A stretch of 62,959 nt of DNA, filler included, from an uncultured bacterium (GCA_964449065.1; 13 parts of 13 records of this genome joined end to end with filler, not necessarily neighbours in it); one strand, 5' to 3'; shown: positions 33,078 to 44,597, numbered from the whole stretch's first letter. Notes: a model not told the origin generated them from the letters alone. A program made the numbers and translations.

Positions 33078-33580
33078 TTCAATATTTATTGAATATACAA
33101 AATTAAAAGACAACATCAAGGTTACAAGAAAAGTAGTGAATAGTGAAAACAAACAATTGTTGTCGAAAACTTATCTTGCTTCTGAACAAATACAAGATAT
33201 ACAAATTGATCTTCAAAATTTAATAGTACATATCGAAGAGTGGTTTTTTGTAACGGCTTGGGCTGTATTTGAGAGAGGATTGATTGAATTTTTCCATAAA
33301 AAAATGGACGTAATCAACTCGGTAACACCAATGACGTTTGGTGAGAAACTCAAAGAAAAAAACCATTCATGAAATGGAATATTGGAAAAATAATGACCGT
33401 TTAGACTTATTAAAAACTTTTATCGATTCAAATGATATTGGAGATATCAAGCAATTTGTAAATTACAGGGATTGGCTTGCGCATAAAAATCCAAAGAAAG
33501 AAGTTAATAGACCAGCAACACCTGAAACGGTCTACGAAAAAATGAAGACAATCTTAGATGAACTAGACAAACAATCGTAA
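33055..33580 (+). CDS. HEPN-like protein, frameshifted at A7 run 33356-33362
   Basis: WAVFE helix plus RDWLAH (RxxxxH); removing one A fuses the two ORFs into about 174 aa. Confidence 0.65.
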
Positions 33581-33605
33581 TGTATTCTCTTTTGGGGAAA
33601 ATAAA

Positions 33606-34497
33606 ATGATCTACCGCACATCACAATCCCGCCGTGTCTTTGTCAAACACGCTTCCACTTCCGCACTTGCTATGACAGCCCTATCCGCCCGGCGTGTCAT
33701 TGGTTCGAATGAAACCATCAACGCCGCCCTCATCGGCTGCGGCGGCCGGGGAATGCACGACATGCGCGTGTTTCTGCGCAACGGCGCGTCTGTTTTGGCA
33801 GTCTGCGATGTCGATCAAAACCGTATGGCTAAAGCCCGGCAAACCGCAGGAGGTGAGCACGTCAAAACACACAAAGACTTCCGCCATATCCTGGATATGA
33901 ACGATATCGATGCCGTCATCATCGGCACGCCCGATCACTGGCACGCACTCCCTTTCGTGGAAGCCTGCAAAGCCGGCAAAGATGTCTACTGCGAAAAACC
34001 CCTGTGCGTCACCATCTACGAAGGCCAAATGATGGTCAAAGCTGCCCGCAAATATAACCGGGTATCTCAATGCGGAACCCAACAGCATTCCGGCAAGCAT
34101 TATCATGAGGCGGTGCAAAAAATCCATGACGGTTCCATCGGCGATATCACCAAGGTCTATTGCTGGAACACCTACAATGACGATGGATTGGGACAGGCGA
34201 ACATCACCGAACCGCCTTCGGATCTGGATTGGGATATGTGGCTTGGACCGGCACCCAAAGTCCCCTACTTTCCGCAGCGCGCGCACGGCAGTTTCCGCCA
34301 TTTTTGGGATTATTCCGGCGGCGTAATGACCGATTGGGGTACGCATCATCTTGATATCGTTCAATGGGCTCTTCAACAGAATGCCCCAATCTCCGTAGTA
34401 TGCGAAGGCGGGAGATACCACTTGGACGATTGCGGAGAAACCCCGGATACCCAAGATGCCGTTATGCAATACGATGGCTGCAATGTCCATTATTCGC
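33606..34497 (+). CDS. Gfo/Idh/MocA oxidoreductase, Tat signal, 3' truncated
   Basis: SRRVFVK; IGCGGRG; TPDHWHA; DVYCEKP; DWDMWLGPAP; DWGTHHLD. Confidence 0.92.
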
Positions 34498-34597
34498 NNN
34501 NNNNNNNNNNNNNNNNNNNNNNNNNNNNNNNNNNNNNNNNNTTAATTAATTAANNNNNNNNNNNNNNNNNNNNNNNNNNNNNNNNNNNNNNNNNNNN

Positions 34598-37578
34598 TAT
34601 AGAATCTGCTATGTAATGCAATCCTCTTACTGCCCAATCCGTTTCAGCCGCTTTTTCACCCCCGTATAATTGGTCAAGCAAACGCTCCAAAAAACTGGTA
34701 TCAATATTGGACCGGTCTTCTGTAATTCCTCCAACCAGTGAACGCTGATTCATACTGATAAATCGTATATACGAAACCTGCTCCATTTTGTTCTCTTCCT
34801 CATCCTGAAGAAGGCTATATAGATCATCGGTTAATTGAGTTTCTTCACTGTTTTCGATCCACTCTAACAAACGTCCATCGTTGATGGCTAACAGATGAAC
34901 GATATCTTCCACCGGTGTTCCATGTTGGAAGGGAGTAAGGAAATCATTCAACAATTCATCCGCTGAGCGACCCCGCCAGGATGCAGAACCATCCAAATTC
35001 ATACGAACGGTCAGTCCATCTTGCAAAGTTCCTTCCAGTATCCGCTCCGATGAAGAATGTTTCCCCAAACCGAGTTCTGATGCGATATGCTGGAGCAACG
35101 CGGTTTTACCATCCCCGGCATTCCCGCATAAGATCACCAACCGTACATTTCGTTCTCTGATGTCTTGAAGAAGTGTGGTTTCCAAATTCGTTTCCACATA
35201 CGTTTGCATGGCGAAATCTGAATCCAAACCTCTGGTTTCTTGATTGCCTAATTCAGAACCAGGATAAGATTGCAATAGTGAAAGCAACCAATCCACTTGT
35301 TCTTCACGCAATTCAACCGGTTCTGCTAATTGTTGTTGGAAATGCGGAGAATAAATCGATTGAACGACGTCCTTTCCATAATCATCTGTTGTCGCTTGCC
35401 CCTGTTGATGAGTTAGTTTGTCAAGATATTTGATTGCGTCCGACGCAGATAAAAATCGTTTATCCGGATCAGGATCTGTCGCACGGTTAAGAAATTCTAT
35501 TAGATGAGGATATTCATCTTGCGGCAATGCGCCCCAATTCAACCCATTTCTTTTGTCAAGATTTTGAAATGGTTCTTTATCGAAAACGACATGAAAAAAA
35601 CTTGCTGCGAGTGCATATATATCGTCTGATGGGGAAGCTGGCCGTTGTTCCTGGCAAGAAGGAGAACTATAAAGTTTGGTACCTGGAGCTTGAATGAGTT
35701 CACCAATCTTACCGACAAAATCATAATCCGTTAAAACCAGTTCACTTCCAGTTATAATCATATTTTTAGGGCTGACATCACCGTGAATCAAGCCATTCCG
35801 GTGCAGTACATCAAGCGCATCACACATGGAGCGCAGCCAACGAATAGCCAAAGATTCAGTCCCGAATTCATTGTATTCCTCTGCCAAAAGTGGAAATACA
35901 CCAATGAATTCATTCAATGGTGTACCATCAATCCATTTCATCAAAGCAACAAAATTATTCTCTTGCCATTCTTTGGCTACTTCAAAAATCGTGGATAACC
36001 CGGCATGGCTTCCAAGATGAGACTGTGCGAGATTATATGCTCTTAATGATCGGTCACCATTATCTTTGCTATACACAATTTTGGCCACATAAGTTCCCAA
36101 ATCCTCATTAGTGGATTTGTCAATTTTTACCACTTTATAGGTTACACCGATACCACCCGATCCAAGCCGATTGATGATCCGGTATTTATAATCATTGAAA
36201 ATAATTTCTTGGTCTTCTGTCCAAAACCGAGTTGGTGGAGGTGGTGGTGGAGGCAATGATTCTCCGAGAATGGCTGATAATTTCGAATCTAGGGTAGTCA
36301 GATCACTGCGTTCATCCGGGTTATCTACAAGCCCGGTTTTCAATATTTCAAATGCTTGTCTGCATTTTTCATCCTGATAGCCATCAAATAACAAACAAAG
36401 AGATTTGCATAATGAATAAACATCCGAACGATGGTCCGCAGCACTTAAACCCAACGTTTTTATTTCAGGTGCCGCTGACTCATTCCACTCATAAGAAGGT
36501 GATAAGACAGAGGCAATACTGACATCGTTTGGGATTTTAGTAAAGTTGAAACCAGTCAGTATGGGTGTGTTATCATATCTGACTAGAAACGTACTCGGGG
36601 TCAAATTTCGGTGAACAATTTTTTGGTTATCTTTATGAGGTGTATGTAATTCCATTAATGCCCGAATGGTGTTTCTGGCAAATTCGATTCGATCGGATGG
36701 ATTCCATTGCGTGTCTTTTTTAGCTCGCTCATTGAGAGTAGGAGCTTCCGGATCCACGATGGTATAAAAAACATCTCACCGCTATAACCTAACACCATTT
36801 GAAAGGAATCGAGGATTCGAGGTGCCCAAGAGTATCGCTGTAAATGATGGAGTGTTTCAAACTCTCGGCGTGCAAGATGTTCCGCCTTGGATTCGTTAGT
36901 TGAAGAAAGGTCGTACACATGCAAAATGACTCGATCCTGCCTGACGGAATGGGTTCCTTTATAGATGCGGTGAAATCGCTCCTCTTTTTTGGATTGAATT
37001 TCAAGGTTGTTATATCCGGCGAGACGTCTTATGGAGCCGTCGATAGCCATAATACTTTTGGGTTCTAGGGTTTGATCTAGCAGCGATATATCAGATCCAT
37101 GCAAAACGGTTGGTGATCCTTCATTCACTGCCGATTTCCAATCATTCAACGTATACAGGTTTACCCCCCTAACCGGAGTCAAGCTAAAATTTTTGTAGTG
37201 TGATGCATCACGGGTTAATAGAATCACACCATCCACCCTTGGAAGATTAGGCGACGTTTTTCGCAGAGTTGTACCAATTTTCCTGGCTTTCAGAGTGACT
37301 TTATCCGCTTCTTGCACCACTTCATCTTGGTTTGATTTCATCCACGAAGTACTCTAATGTTTGACTTCAATCATCTGAACTCCAGGTGGGCCAATGACAA
37401 TCATGTCAATTTCATCGGATTGCATCTGATGATTTACGGAAAAAGCCAAATTCGTTAACAGAATCCACTCATCATCGCCCGGCAAAGACTGCAACTTGTT
37501 TTTTATATGTTCAATGGCTAACCGCTCACTTTCATTGACCACGGAACCACATGCGAAATGAACAACTTTCATTGGCAA
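34598..37578 (-). pseudogene. NERD nuclease-kinase-like-Ser/Thr kinase-P-loop NTPase protein; in-frame TAG (37354-37356), frameshift near 36766-36771, 3' truncated
   Basis: NESE, EIDMIVIGPPG, IEVKH*; VHRNL; LGSGGIG, VAK, IHGDVSPKN, DYD; GNAGDGKT; AINDGRL. Confidence 0.8.
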
Positions 37579-37790
37579 ATTCCTTTCAATATTATATTAA
37601 CTTTTAACCATTAATTATTACAAGCGGATAATTATCCCACAGCACTAGTGTCCGGTTGTTGACAAGGAGAATATAGGATAACTCAAGAAAAAAAACCGTG
37701 TTAGAGCATTATTTGTATGGGAACAACTTCTAATCCACTAAACTGATTCCTTAATCATATTTACTTCTAAGCAGGAAAGGAATCAATTAT

Positions 37791-38784
37791 CCCAGATTGT
37801 GCAGTAGGCAGAGGGAGACTGTAAAGGGGCAATAGAACCAAGGGTTGTAGCGGGTTCTGCCCCAATTCATCAATAGAATCCAGGGTCAAAAGCGGGTCAG
37901 CAGGGGAAGAAGGGCGGAAAAGCGCCGAGATTCTTCCCCTTTTTAGGTTACCCAGGCTCAACTGCAATGCAGTTGATGATTTTCGGCCATCGCTTGATTT
38001 GTTCGAGAATATAGCGCAGTTTGCTGCGCAGTTTTTTATCCGCCACCGCGATGCGAAGCACCGCTCGGTGTCCGTCCCGTCCCAATTGCGCGGGGAGAAT
38101 GAAGAACTGCCCCCGCAGGGTCTTGAGTTGAGCATGAGGCGGTTTGCTCGACAACAACTTCCGGCTCAGGTAATGAATCAAGTTGTGGAACACCAGCGCG
38201 ATCAAAGTCAACACCGCCTCCGTTGCCCAGAAGCTCTTCAGGTTGAAATGATCCAGCGCATAGCCTTCCTTGAGGTCCTTGATGATGTTCTCATCATTGG
38301 CACGGGTTCGGTATTGCTTCCAAATGTCGTGCGGCTTATCCTCTTGATTGGTTAGATGCAGGCTGAAGCGGTACTCCGTCCACTGCTCCATCTCCTGAAA
38401 GAGCAGGGGCTGCTTGCCTGCCGCCTTCGGGCGTTTCCCCGTATCCTGCCGCACCGCTACGTACCGCCGGGGCTTGGTCCATTTCTCGTCTTCGTGTTCA
38501 AAGAAAAATTCCCCCACCTCGATGCCCGGTGCGATCTTCCGCCAGGTCTCCACCTGCAGAATTTGCTTCTGCAAGACTGGCAACAGGGGAGCGGCGATCA
38601 CGTAGGGATACTTCTCCTCCTCCAAATACTCGATGAACTCCACCCGGTAGAACCCCACATCCGCCGCTACCCGCTTCACCCGGAAGTCCGCCCCCAAACT
38701 CAGCACGGTCTGCCGCAGAAACGCCACCGCGCTTTGCCCGCTGTCGGTGTTGCCTGCCCGGTTCCAGAAATTACATTATCTGGG
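37791..38784 (-). mobile_element. IS1380-family element, internally deleted (transposase C-terminal part 37948 to about 38772)
   Basis: RAGNT, ADVGFY, YRTRANDENIIKDLK, FWATEA; inverted ends CCCAGAT (37791) and ATCTGGG (38778-38784). Confidence 0.75.
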
Positions 38785-38927
38785 ATAATCCGTACCAAAC
38801 CGTGCAATGCTTGTGCATTCCAAGGGAGGTTTGAGGGTTATTTGAGGGTAGTGTCAACGTGAAGGTAAGGATTTGATGGTTTGTTAAGTAGTTGATTTGT
38901 TATGGTTTACAAAATAGTGAAATGTGA

Positions 38928-38969
38928 CTTCCAAGCAGAAGGTTACGGGTTCGAGTCCCGCCTCCCGCT
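38928..38969 (+). other. 3' fragment of tRNA-Gly(TCC), probable att core of an integrative element
   Basis: CTTCCAAGC anticodon loop, GGTTCGAGTCC T-arm, acceptor-like CTCCCGCT; no D-arm or 5' acceptor strand. Confidence 0.75.
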
Positions 38970-39413
38970 TACTGATTTCACTATACATACAGCACACAAA
39001 GAAAACCCACGATTCCCACAAGTAACCAAAGAGTAACTACCGCAACATAGTTTTTAATGATTATGGTAAAAGTTCGCAATTTCGCAAATCCGCATGTTCA
39101 CAGGAAGTTAACCCGCTCTCGACAGGCATGGGATTTTCAGAGAGATACTACCGTTCAATACTACCGTTCCGTATTGCCACGTATTGCCAATACATTATGG
39201 TTATCAATAGCACACCCACCGAGCCTCTGTTTGGTTAACCGCCAATTACGCTTAATTCCAGTGGTTTTTTCTTTTCCAAGGGGACAGCATGAGATACACA
39301 AAACACCCCCCTTNNNNNNNNNNNNNNNNNNNNNNNNNNNNNNNNNNNNNNNNNNNNTTAATTAATTAANNNNNNNNNNNNNNNNNNNNNNNNNNNNNNN
39401 NNNNNNNNNNNNN

Positions 39414-41079
39414 CGCTGGCAATCTGTACGCTGGGAGAATCATCATCCAAATGTTCCACCAAATGCGGTACGGCCGTTCGCTCCAACCTGTCTTTCGCCA
39501 TCATCGCGGTCGCCGCCCAATACCGTACGCCGCTATCTTCATCATTAAGTAACCCAGTAAGCCTTTCTGTCGAAACCTCTTGTTTACCAACCAATTCGGC
39601 CGTGTACAAAATTCTACGCAAATCGTATTGCCGCGGATCCTGGGCCATCTCATAAATGGAGGATGACTGTCCACGGATGTGCATTTCCGCCTCTTGCAGA
39701 AAACCGGTATCACGGTGATCAAGAATCCATTCATGCAGTTTTTCTTTGAGGTGGTTTTTAATATCTTGATGCTGTGGAGATTCCGCCAGGTTATTGATTT
39801 CGTGGGGATCGTTTTCCAAATCGTATAATTCTTCCACCGGTTTGGTTTCTTGCCAGAATTGTTTGGAAATGGGATCAAGCCCGCCTTCTTCTTTTATTCT
39901 GCGAAGTTTTTTAAAACTCGCTTTCCGGTCTGAAAAGATATACCCCGGTTGAATGTAGGGCAGGTGAGGCATGTAATGGCGGATGTAGATAAAGCGGTCG
40001 TTTTGGCAAGAACGGGAGACTTCAAACATATCATCCGCACGGCTTCTCGCGCCAAAAATGTAGTTGCGTTCATGATCTTTATCCTCACCTAAAAATACCC
40101 GGCCCTGCATGTGGGTAGGAATTTCAACTCCCGCGAGTTTGAGCATGGACGGTGCGAAATCAACAAAGCTGACCTTTTCCTCTGTTTCATTGGGATATTC
40201 AATTTTCAATGCGGTTTGATACTTCTCAGGAATTCGAATGATAAGAGGCACCCGAAGACCGGAATCATTAAGCCAGCGTTTATACCGTGGAAGCCCGAAT
40301 CCGTGATCGGCGAAGAAGACGACGATAGTGTCTTCGTAGATGCCGTCGTCTTTGAGGTTTTGCAGAATCCGGCCGACTTGGCGGTCCATGACGGTGATGA
40401 GATCGTACATTCCCGCCCAGATTCTGCGAATTTCCGCGGTATCGGGATAAAAAGGCGGGAGTTTCATGTCTTCCGGCTTATGAAAGAGTTCCTTGGGTAA
40501 ATCTTTGGTTTTCTCTTCATAGCGCTCTACAATGTTCGTAGGGCCTTCATGGGTGGTACCGATAGTAATGAGGCTGAAGAAAGGTTCATCCCGGTTACGC
40601 TGCCGCCAAGGGGCGTCGTCTTGGTTCCAGTAGTCCCAAATGCCCGATGGATCAAAGTTGAAATCGGTTTTGCCGTTGCAGGTGCAGAAATATTGTTTGC
40701 TCTTTATATATTCCGGGAGAGTATTGATGAAAGAGGGGAGTTCGACTTCAGAACGAAGATGCTGAGTGCCTAAGGCGGTTGCGTAGACGCCGGTAATAAG
40801 ACAAGAACGTGACGGCGCGCAGATAGGCGCGGTAGCGAAAGCGTTGCGGTAAAGGATGCTTTCGGTTGCGAGTTGATCGATGTTGGGAGTCGTTGCCTGT
40901 TCGTCTCCATAGCAGCCCAGGGCCGGGCTCATGTCATCCGCGTTGATCCAGATTATGTTGGGCAGTTTTAAATCTTGCGCGTTGCTGTTGTGCAATCCGG
41001 ATAGGCTGTACATCAAACCGGCTGAAGCTGCGGTCGTTTTAAGAAATCTTCTACGGTTGTTTGTTTTGTTGGATTTCAT
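39414..41079 (-). CDS. Tat-exported sulfatase with C-terminal HEAT-like repeats, 3' truncated
   Basis: NRRRFLK; PNIIWINADD; CAPSRSCLITG; FFADHG; EELYDLENDPHE; DEDSGVRYWAA. Confidence 0.92.
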
Positions 41080-41191
41080 TCCCTATTTCCCCAAGTTATA
41101 TCTTTATCCAAATGAAAGCTGAATTTACGATATCCTATAGTTTGTGATATCTTCTCATTATTCAAGGGATTTGTACATTGGAGAACTGTTC

Positions 41192-42916
41192 ATGAACACT
41201 CGAATTATGTATATGTGTTTGAACTATTTATTCTTTTTGTTGGCAGCATGCGCCGTATATGGTGATTATCAAAAACGTTATATTTACAAAATTACACCGC
41301 AGGGAGATTTGCAGATTGTGGTTCACTTTCCAGACGACTGGAAAGGTACGGATAAGCGTCCGGCGATGGTGTTCTTTTTTGGCGGGGGATGGAACGGGGG
41401 ATCGTTGGATCAGTTTGAACCGCAGGCGTCGTATTTTGCCTCGCGGGGAATGATTACGGCGAGAGCGGATTACCGTGTAAAATCACGGCACAACACCCAT
41501 CCAGAACAGGCAGTGGAAGATGGGAAAAGCGCGGTACGCTGGCTGCGGGATAACGCGGCAACATTAGGGTTGGATCCGCAGCGGATAGCGGCATCCGGCG
41601 GTTCAGCCGGAGGGCATGTTGCGGCATGCACCTTTCTTACAAAGGGGTTGGAGAATGCGGTTGAAGACCAAAGCATTTCATCCCAGCCAAACGCGCTTCT
41701 GTTATTTAATCCGGTTTTAAACCTGATGCAGTTTGATCTCGCGGATCGGGCGGAATCGGAAGAATCGGCGGAACAGATATCCCCGCTCTTGCAGTTGGAG
41801 GACATTCTACCGCCCACGATGATGTTTTATGGAACGAACGATAAGTTCTTTCAGCAGGGACAGGCGTTTATGCGGAAGGCGCGCGAGCAGCAAATTACGG
41901 TGGATTTGTTTGTAGCACAAAATCAGCCGCATGGATTTTTTAATACCCCGCCTTGGCTGCAAAAAACGATCCTGGAAGCAGACCGCTTTTTGCATGAGAT
42001 CGGCTTTCTTAGCGGCGAGCCGACAATCAATCTGAACCCCGAACCAAAACCAACGCCAACACCCGGTCTATCCTCCGGTTCTATGGATGGGGAAATTCCT
42101 GAAAATGGAAGACTGCGGCTCTCTTTCGAGGAATACAATCCACTCTCAAAAGACCGGGAATTGTCAATGCGTTTGGGGGTTCGGGTAGGAGCGGGAACAC
42201 ACGGTTCGTATTTCTACAATCAAGAAGAAGAGAACTACGAGGTGTACATCCCACCCAATTATAACGGAAGAGAATCGTATGGATTGTTTGTTTGGATATC
42301 AGCCAGTCCATCCGGTGATATTCCGGATATGTATATGCCGGTGATGGACAAGCATAAGATCATTTGGATAGGCGCCAATAAATCCGGCAATTCGAAGGAT
42401 GTATTCAAAAGGCGTATTCCGCTTGCGCTGGACGCGGCGTTTAACATGCGGAAGCATTACAACATCGACCAAAATCGAATTTACATTTCAGGCTTATCTG
42501 GCGGGGGGAGAGCCTCGAGTGCGGTCGCGATGCACTACCCGGATATCTTTAGCGGAGGGTTGTTTATCATCGGTGCGAATTATTGGCAAAAGAAGGCATC
42601 CCGCAGCAAGCCGGGAAATTATTGGCCGGCGGGTTATCCCAAACCGGGGTCGGCTTATTTGCAAAAAGCGGAGAGGAATGGCCGTTATGTTTTACTGACC
42701 GGAGAGCATGATTTTAACCGCGAACAGATGGAAATCTATTTTGAAGAAGGGTATAGCCGCCACTTAAAATCCGTGCTATATATAGAAGTGCAAGGCATGG
42801 GACATACCATACCAAACGCGGAGTGGTTTGAAACGGCCATCCAATATTTGGATGATCCCATGCCGTTTCGCGATCTGCATAATGAAGCGATAAAGGACGG
42901 CAAGAACGTCCGGTAA
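41192..42916 (+). CDS. Secreted tandem alpha/beta hydrolase (esterase plus PHB-depolymerase-like domain)
   Basis: FFGGGW, GGSAGG, HGFFN; Pro/Thr linker; second nucleophile elbow GLSGGG and GMGH. Confidence 0.82.
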   Translation: MNTRIMYMCLNYLFFLLAACAVYGDYQKRYIYKITPQGDLQIVVHFPDDWKGTDKRPAMVFFFGGGWNGGSLDQFEPQASYFASRGMITARADYRVKSRHNTHPEQAVEDGKSAVRWLRDNAATLGLDPQRIAASGGSAGGHVAACTFLTKGLENAVEDQSISSQPNALLLFNPVLNLMQFDLADRAESEESAEQISPLLQLEDILPPTMMFYGTNDKFFQQGQAFMRKAREQQITVDLFVAQNQPHGFFNTPPWLQKTILEADRFLHEIGFLSGEPTINLNPEPKPTPTPGLSSGSMDGEIPENGRLRLSFEEYNPLSKDRELSMRLGVRVGAGTHGSYFYNQEEENYEVYIPPNYNGRESYGLFVWISASPSGDIPDMYMPVMDKHKIIWIGANKSGNSKDVFKRRIPLALDAAFNMRKHYNIDQNRIYISGLSGGGRASSAVAMHYPDIFSGGLFIIGANYWQKKASRSKPGNYWPAGYPKPGSAYLQKAERNGRYVLLTGEHDFNREQMEIYFEEGYSRHLKSVLYIEVQGMGHTIPNAEWFETAIQYLDDPMPFRDLHNEAIKDGKNVR

Positions 42917-43025
42917 AGTTGCCTACCTATTAACCGAGATAGTTTTTTATAATAAGATTATAAACGATGTTCTATTACGGTATTGCCGTTTCCCTAAAGT
43001 CTTTCGCCGAAGGATAGGAATTTCT

Positions 43026-43592
43026 ATGAATAGTGTAATTATTTTTATCGCGGCCGTTCTTATAATAGGTGTCATCATAGCTGCGGTTATTATCTACATG
43101 TATCAAGGAGCCCAAAGAAAATCCATTGTAACAAGTGATATATGGAATGATTTTGTCGCGCGGTTAAAGACATTGGATAAAGAAGGGAAAAAGATCGGGT
43201 TGATGGTTTCTACCGATAAAAAGTTAGAGCCGATCGGTGAGAAAATAGACACGTTGCTACTGCCCGCTTTTGAAATGGCGATTGATCATGTTTATCCATC
43301 CGGAGTCATCAAGCATATCTCAATCAACACCAACCGAAACAATATGCCGCCGAATTGCCATGTCTGTGCTGTATTTAAAGTTGAACTGGAAGACAAAAAT
43401 TATATTATCAAGCCGACCTATTACACCACCAATGTCACCGGAACCTTGAATCGTGATCCCTTACGATACCGTCCCGACACCATGAAATTGTCATCCGAGG
43501 AATTGAAAAAGTTCAACAAACGCGATTCGCTTGTTGAAAGCTTTCGTCAGGATTTTCCGGGCTTTATCGCGGCGGTAGCGCGGAAAGGGTAA
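43026..43592 (+). CDS. Hypothetical single-pass membrane protein
   Basis: AGGA RBS; N-terminal TM helix. Confidence 0.7.
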   Translation: MNSVIIFIAAVLIIGVIIAAVIIYMYQGAQRKSIVTSDIWNDFVARLKTLDKEGKKIGLMVSTDKKLEPIGEKIDTLLLPAFEMAIDHVYPSGVIKHISINTNRNNMPPNCHVCAVFKVELEDKNYIIKPTYYTTNVTGTLNRDPLRYRPDTMKLSSEELKKFNKRDSLVESFRQDFPGFIAAVARKG

Positions 43593-43875
43593 ATGGGTGT
43601 TCCTGAGGCAGCACTCCCTTTGGTCACTTTGCCCTCCAATAACTTAAGAACGACCTTCATGTATTTACTGCCTTCAAAGTGAGTTGATTATTGCCACAAC
43701 GTTTTAAATTGGCTTGTTGGGCGTCGCTTGGCTCAACGCCACGATACGTGTTCCCCATTCTAGCTCGTTTCAGAGTTGGATAGACAGAATCTGTCGTTGT
43801 TGCCCCCCCCTTATTCAGGTGGAGTAGTAGGGATTCAAGAATCAACGCAACCCACCAATCACAATGCCCAACCCT

Positions 43876-44093
43876 GGGAGGGCGAGGCTCCCGCCGAGCC
43901 AGCGGCACGCTTTCCTTCCCAATCATCCGAAATATAATCATTACGAAACCTTAAGAACTGCTAATGCCCCCCGCAGTCATTCGCGTTCATTCGCGGTTGA
44001 AAAATGTGGTGCAGGCTTCCAGCCTGCAAAAGCCTTTCTCTCCCACAAAGATATTGTCTCCCCCAAAGCATTTGGGGGAGATGTCCGACGCAA
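43876..44093. repeat. Cluster of different REP-like units at contig end
   Basis: GGGAGGGCGAGGCTCCCGCCGAGCC; ATTCGCGTTCATTCGCGGTT; TGTGGTGCAGGCTTCCAGCCTGC; TCTCCCCCAAAGCATTTGGGGGAGA. Confidence 0.65.
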
Positions 44094-44193
44094 NNNNNNN
44101 NNNNNNNNNNNNNNNNNNNNNNNNNNNNNNNNNNNNNTTAATTAATTAANNNNNNNNNNNNNNNNNNNNNNNNNNNNNNNNNNNNNNNNNNNN

Positions 44194-44371
44194 TTAGGCG
44201 AATAGAAACGGGGATTTTTAATCGATCTTTTTGAGGACCACGAACCCGTCCCGGAATTTCCAGATGATTCTTTTTAACCGGTTTCAAATTAGAAAGCATA
44301 TCTTCCGATAGGGGAAGCGATTCAACGTCATTCCAATCTTTTTCCGTAATATATTCAGGCTTGTTTCGCAT
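44194..44371 (-). CDS. BrnA-family antitoxin, 3' truncated
   Basis: DWNDVESLPLS...RGPQK..KIPVSIRL. Confidence 0.7.
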
Positions 44372-44507
44372 AATTGATTCATAAAAATATAGAATAAATC
44401 TTGCACAAATCAACTCTTTATTTTAGAGTCATATAAGTGTTATTCAATTTCATTCTTGTTCATTACGGTATTCTGTAATGAATGTCAAAAAGAGGTACCG
44501 ATTTTAA

Positions 44508-44546
44508 CTAACTGTTTCACGCACCGGCTGGAAGCCGATGCTACCC
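44508..44546. repeat. Degenerate MITE end fused to a GTAG REP unit
   Basis: CTAACTGTTTCACGCA overlapping by one base with ACCGGCTGGAAGCCGATGCTACCC. Confidence 0.6.
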
Positions 44547-44597
44547 AAAACGAGTATATTCATGGAAATTACACACTATTGATAAGGGGATGGAAAG

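Noticed and set aside
34598..34645. Possible chimeric tail on the kinase contig
   Set aside because: Cannot be judged without a homologue alignment or reads
37354..37356. Genome-wide amber recoding or pyrrolysine
   Set aside because: Single instance at a Trp position; TAG serves as a normal stop elsewhere; no pyl genes in the window
38928..38969. Functional tRNA-Gly gene
   Set aside because: 5' acceptor strand and D-arm are missing
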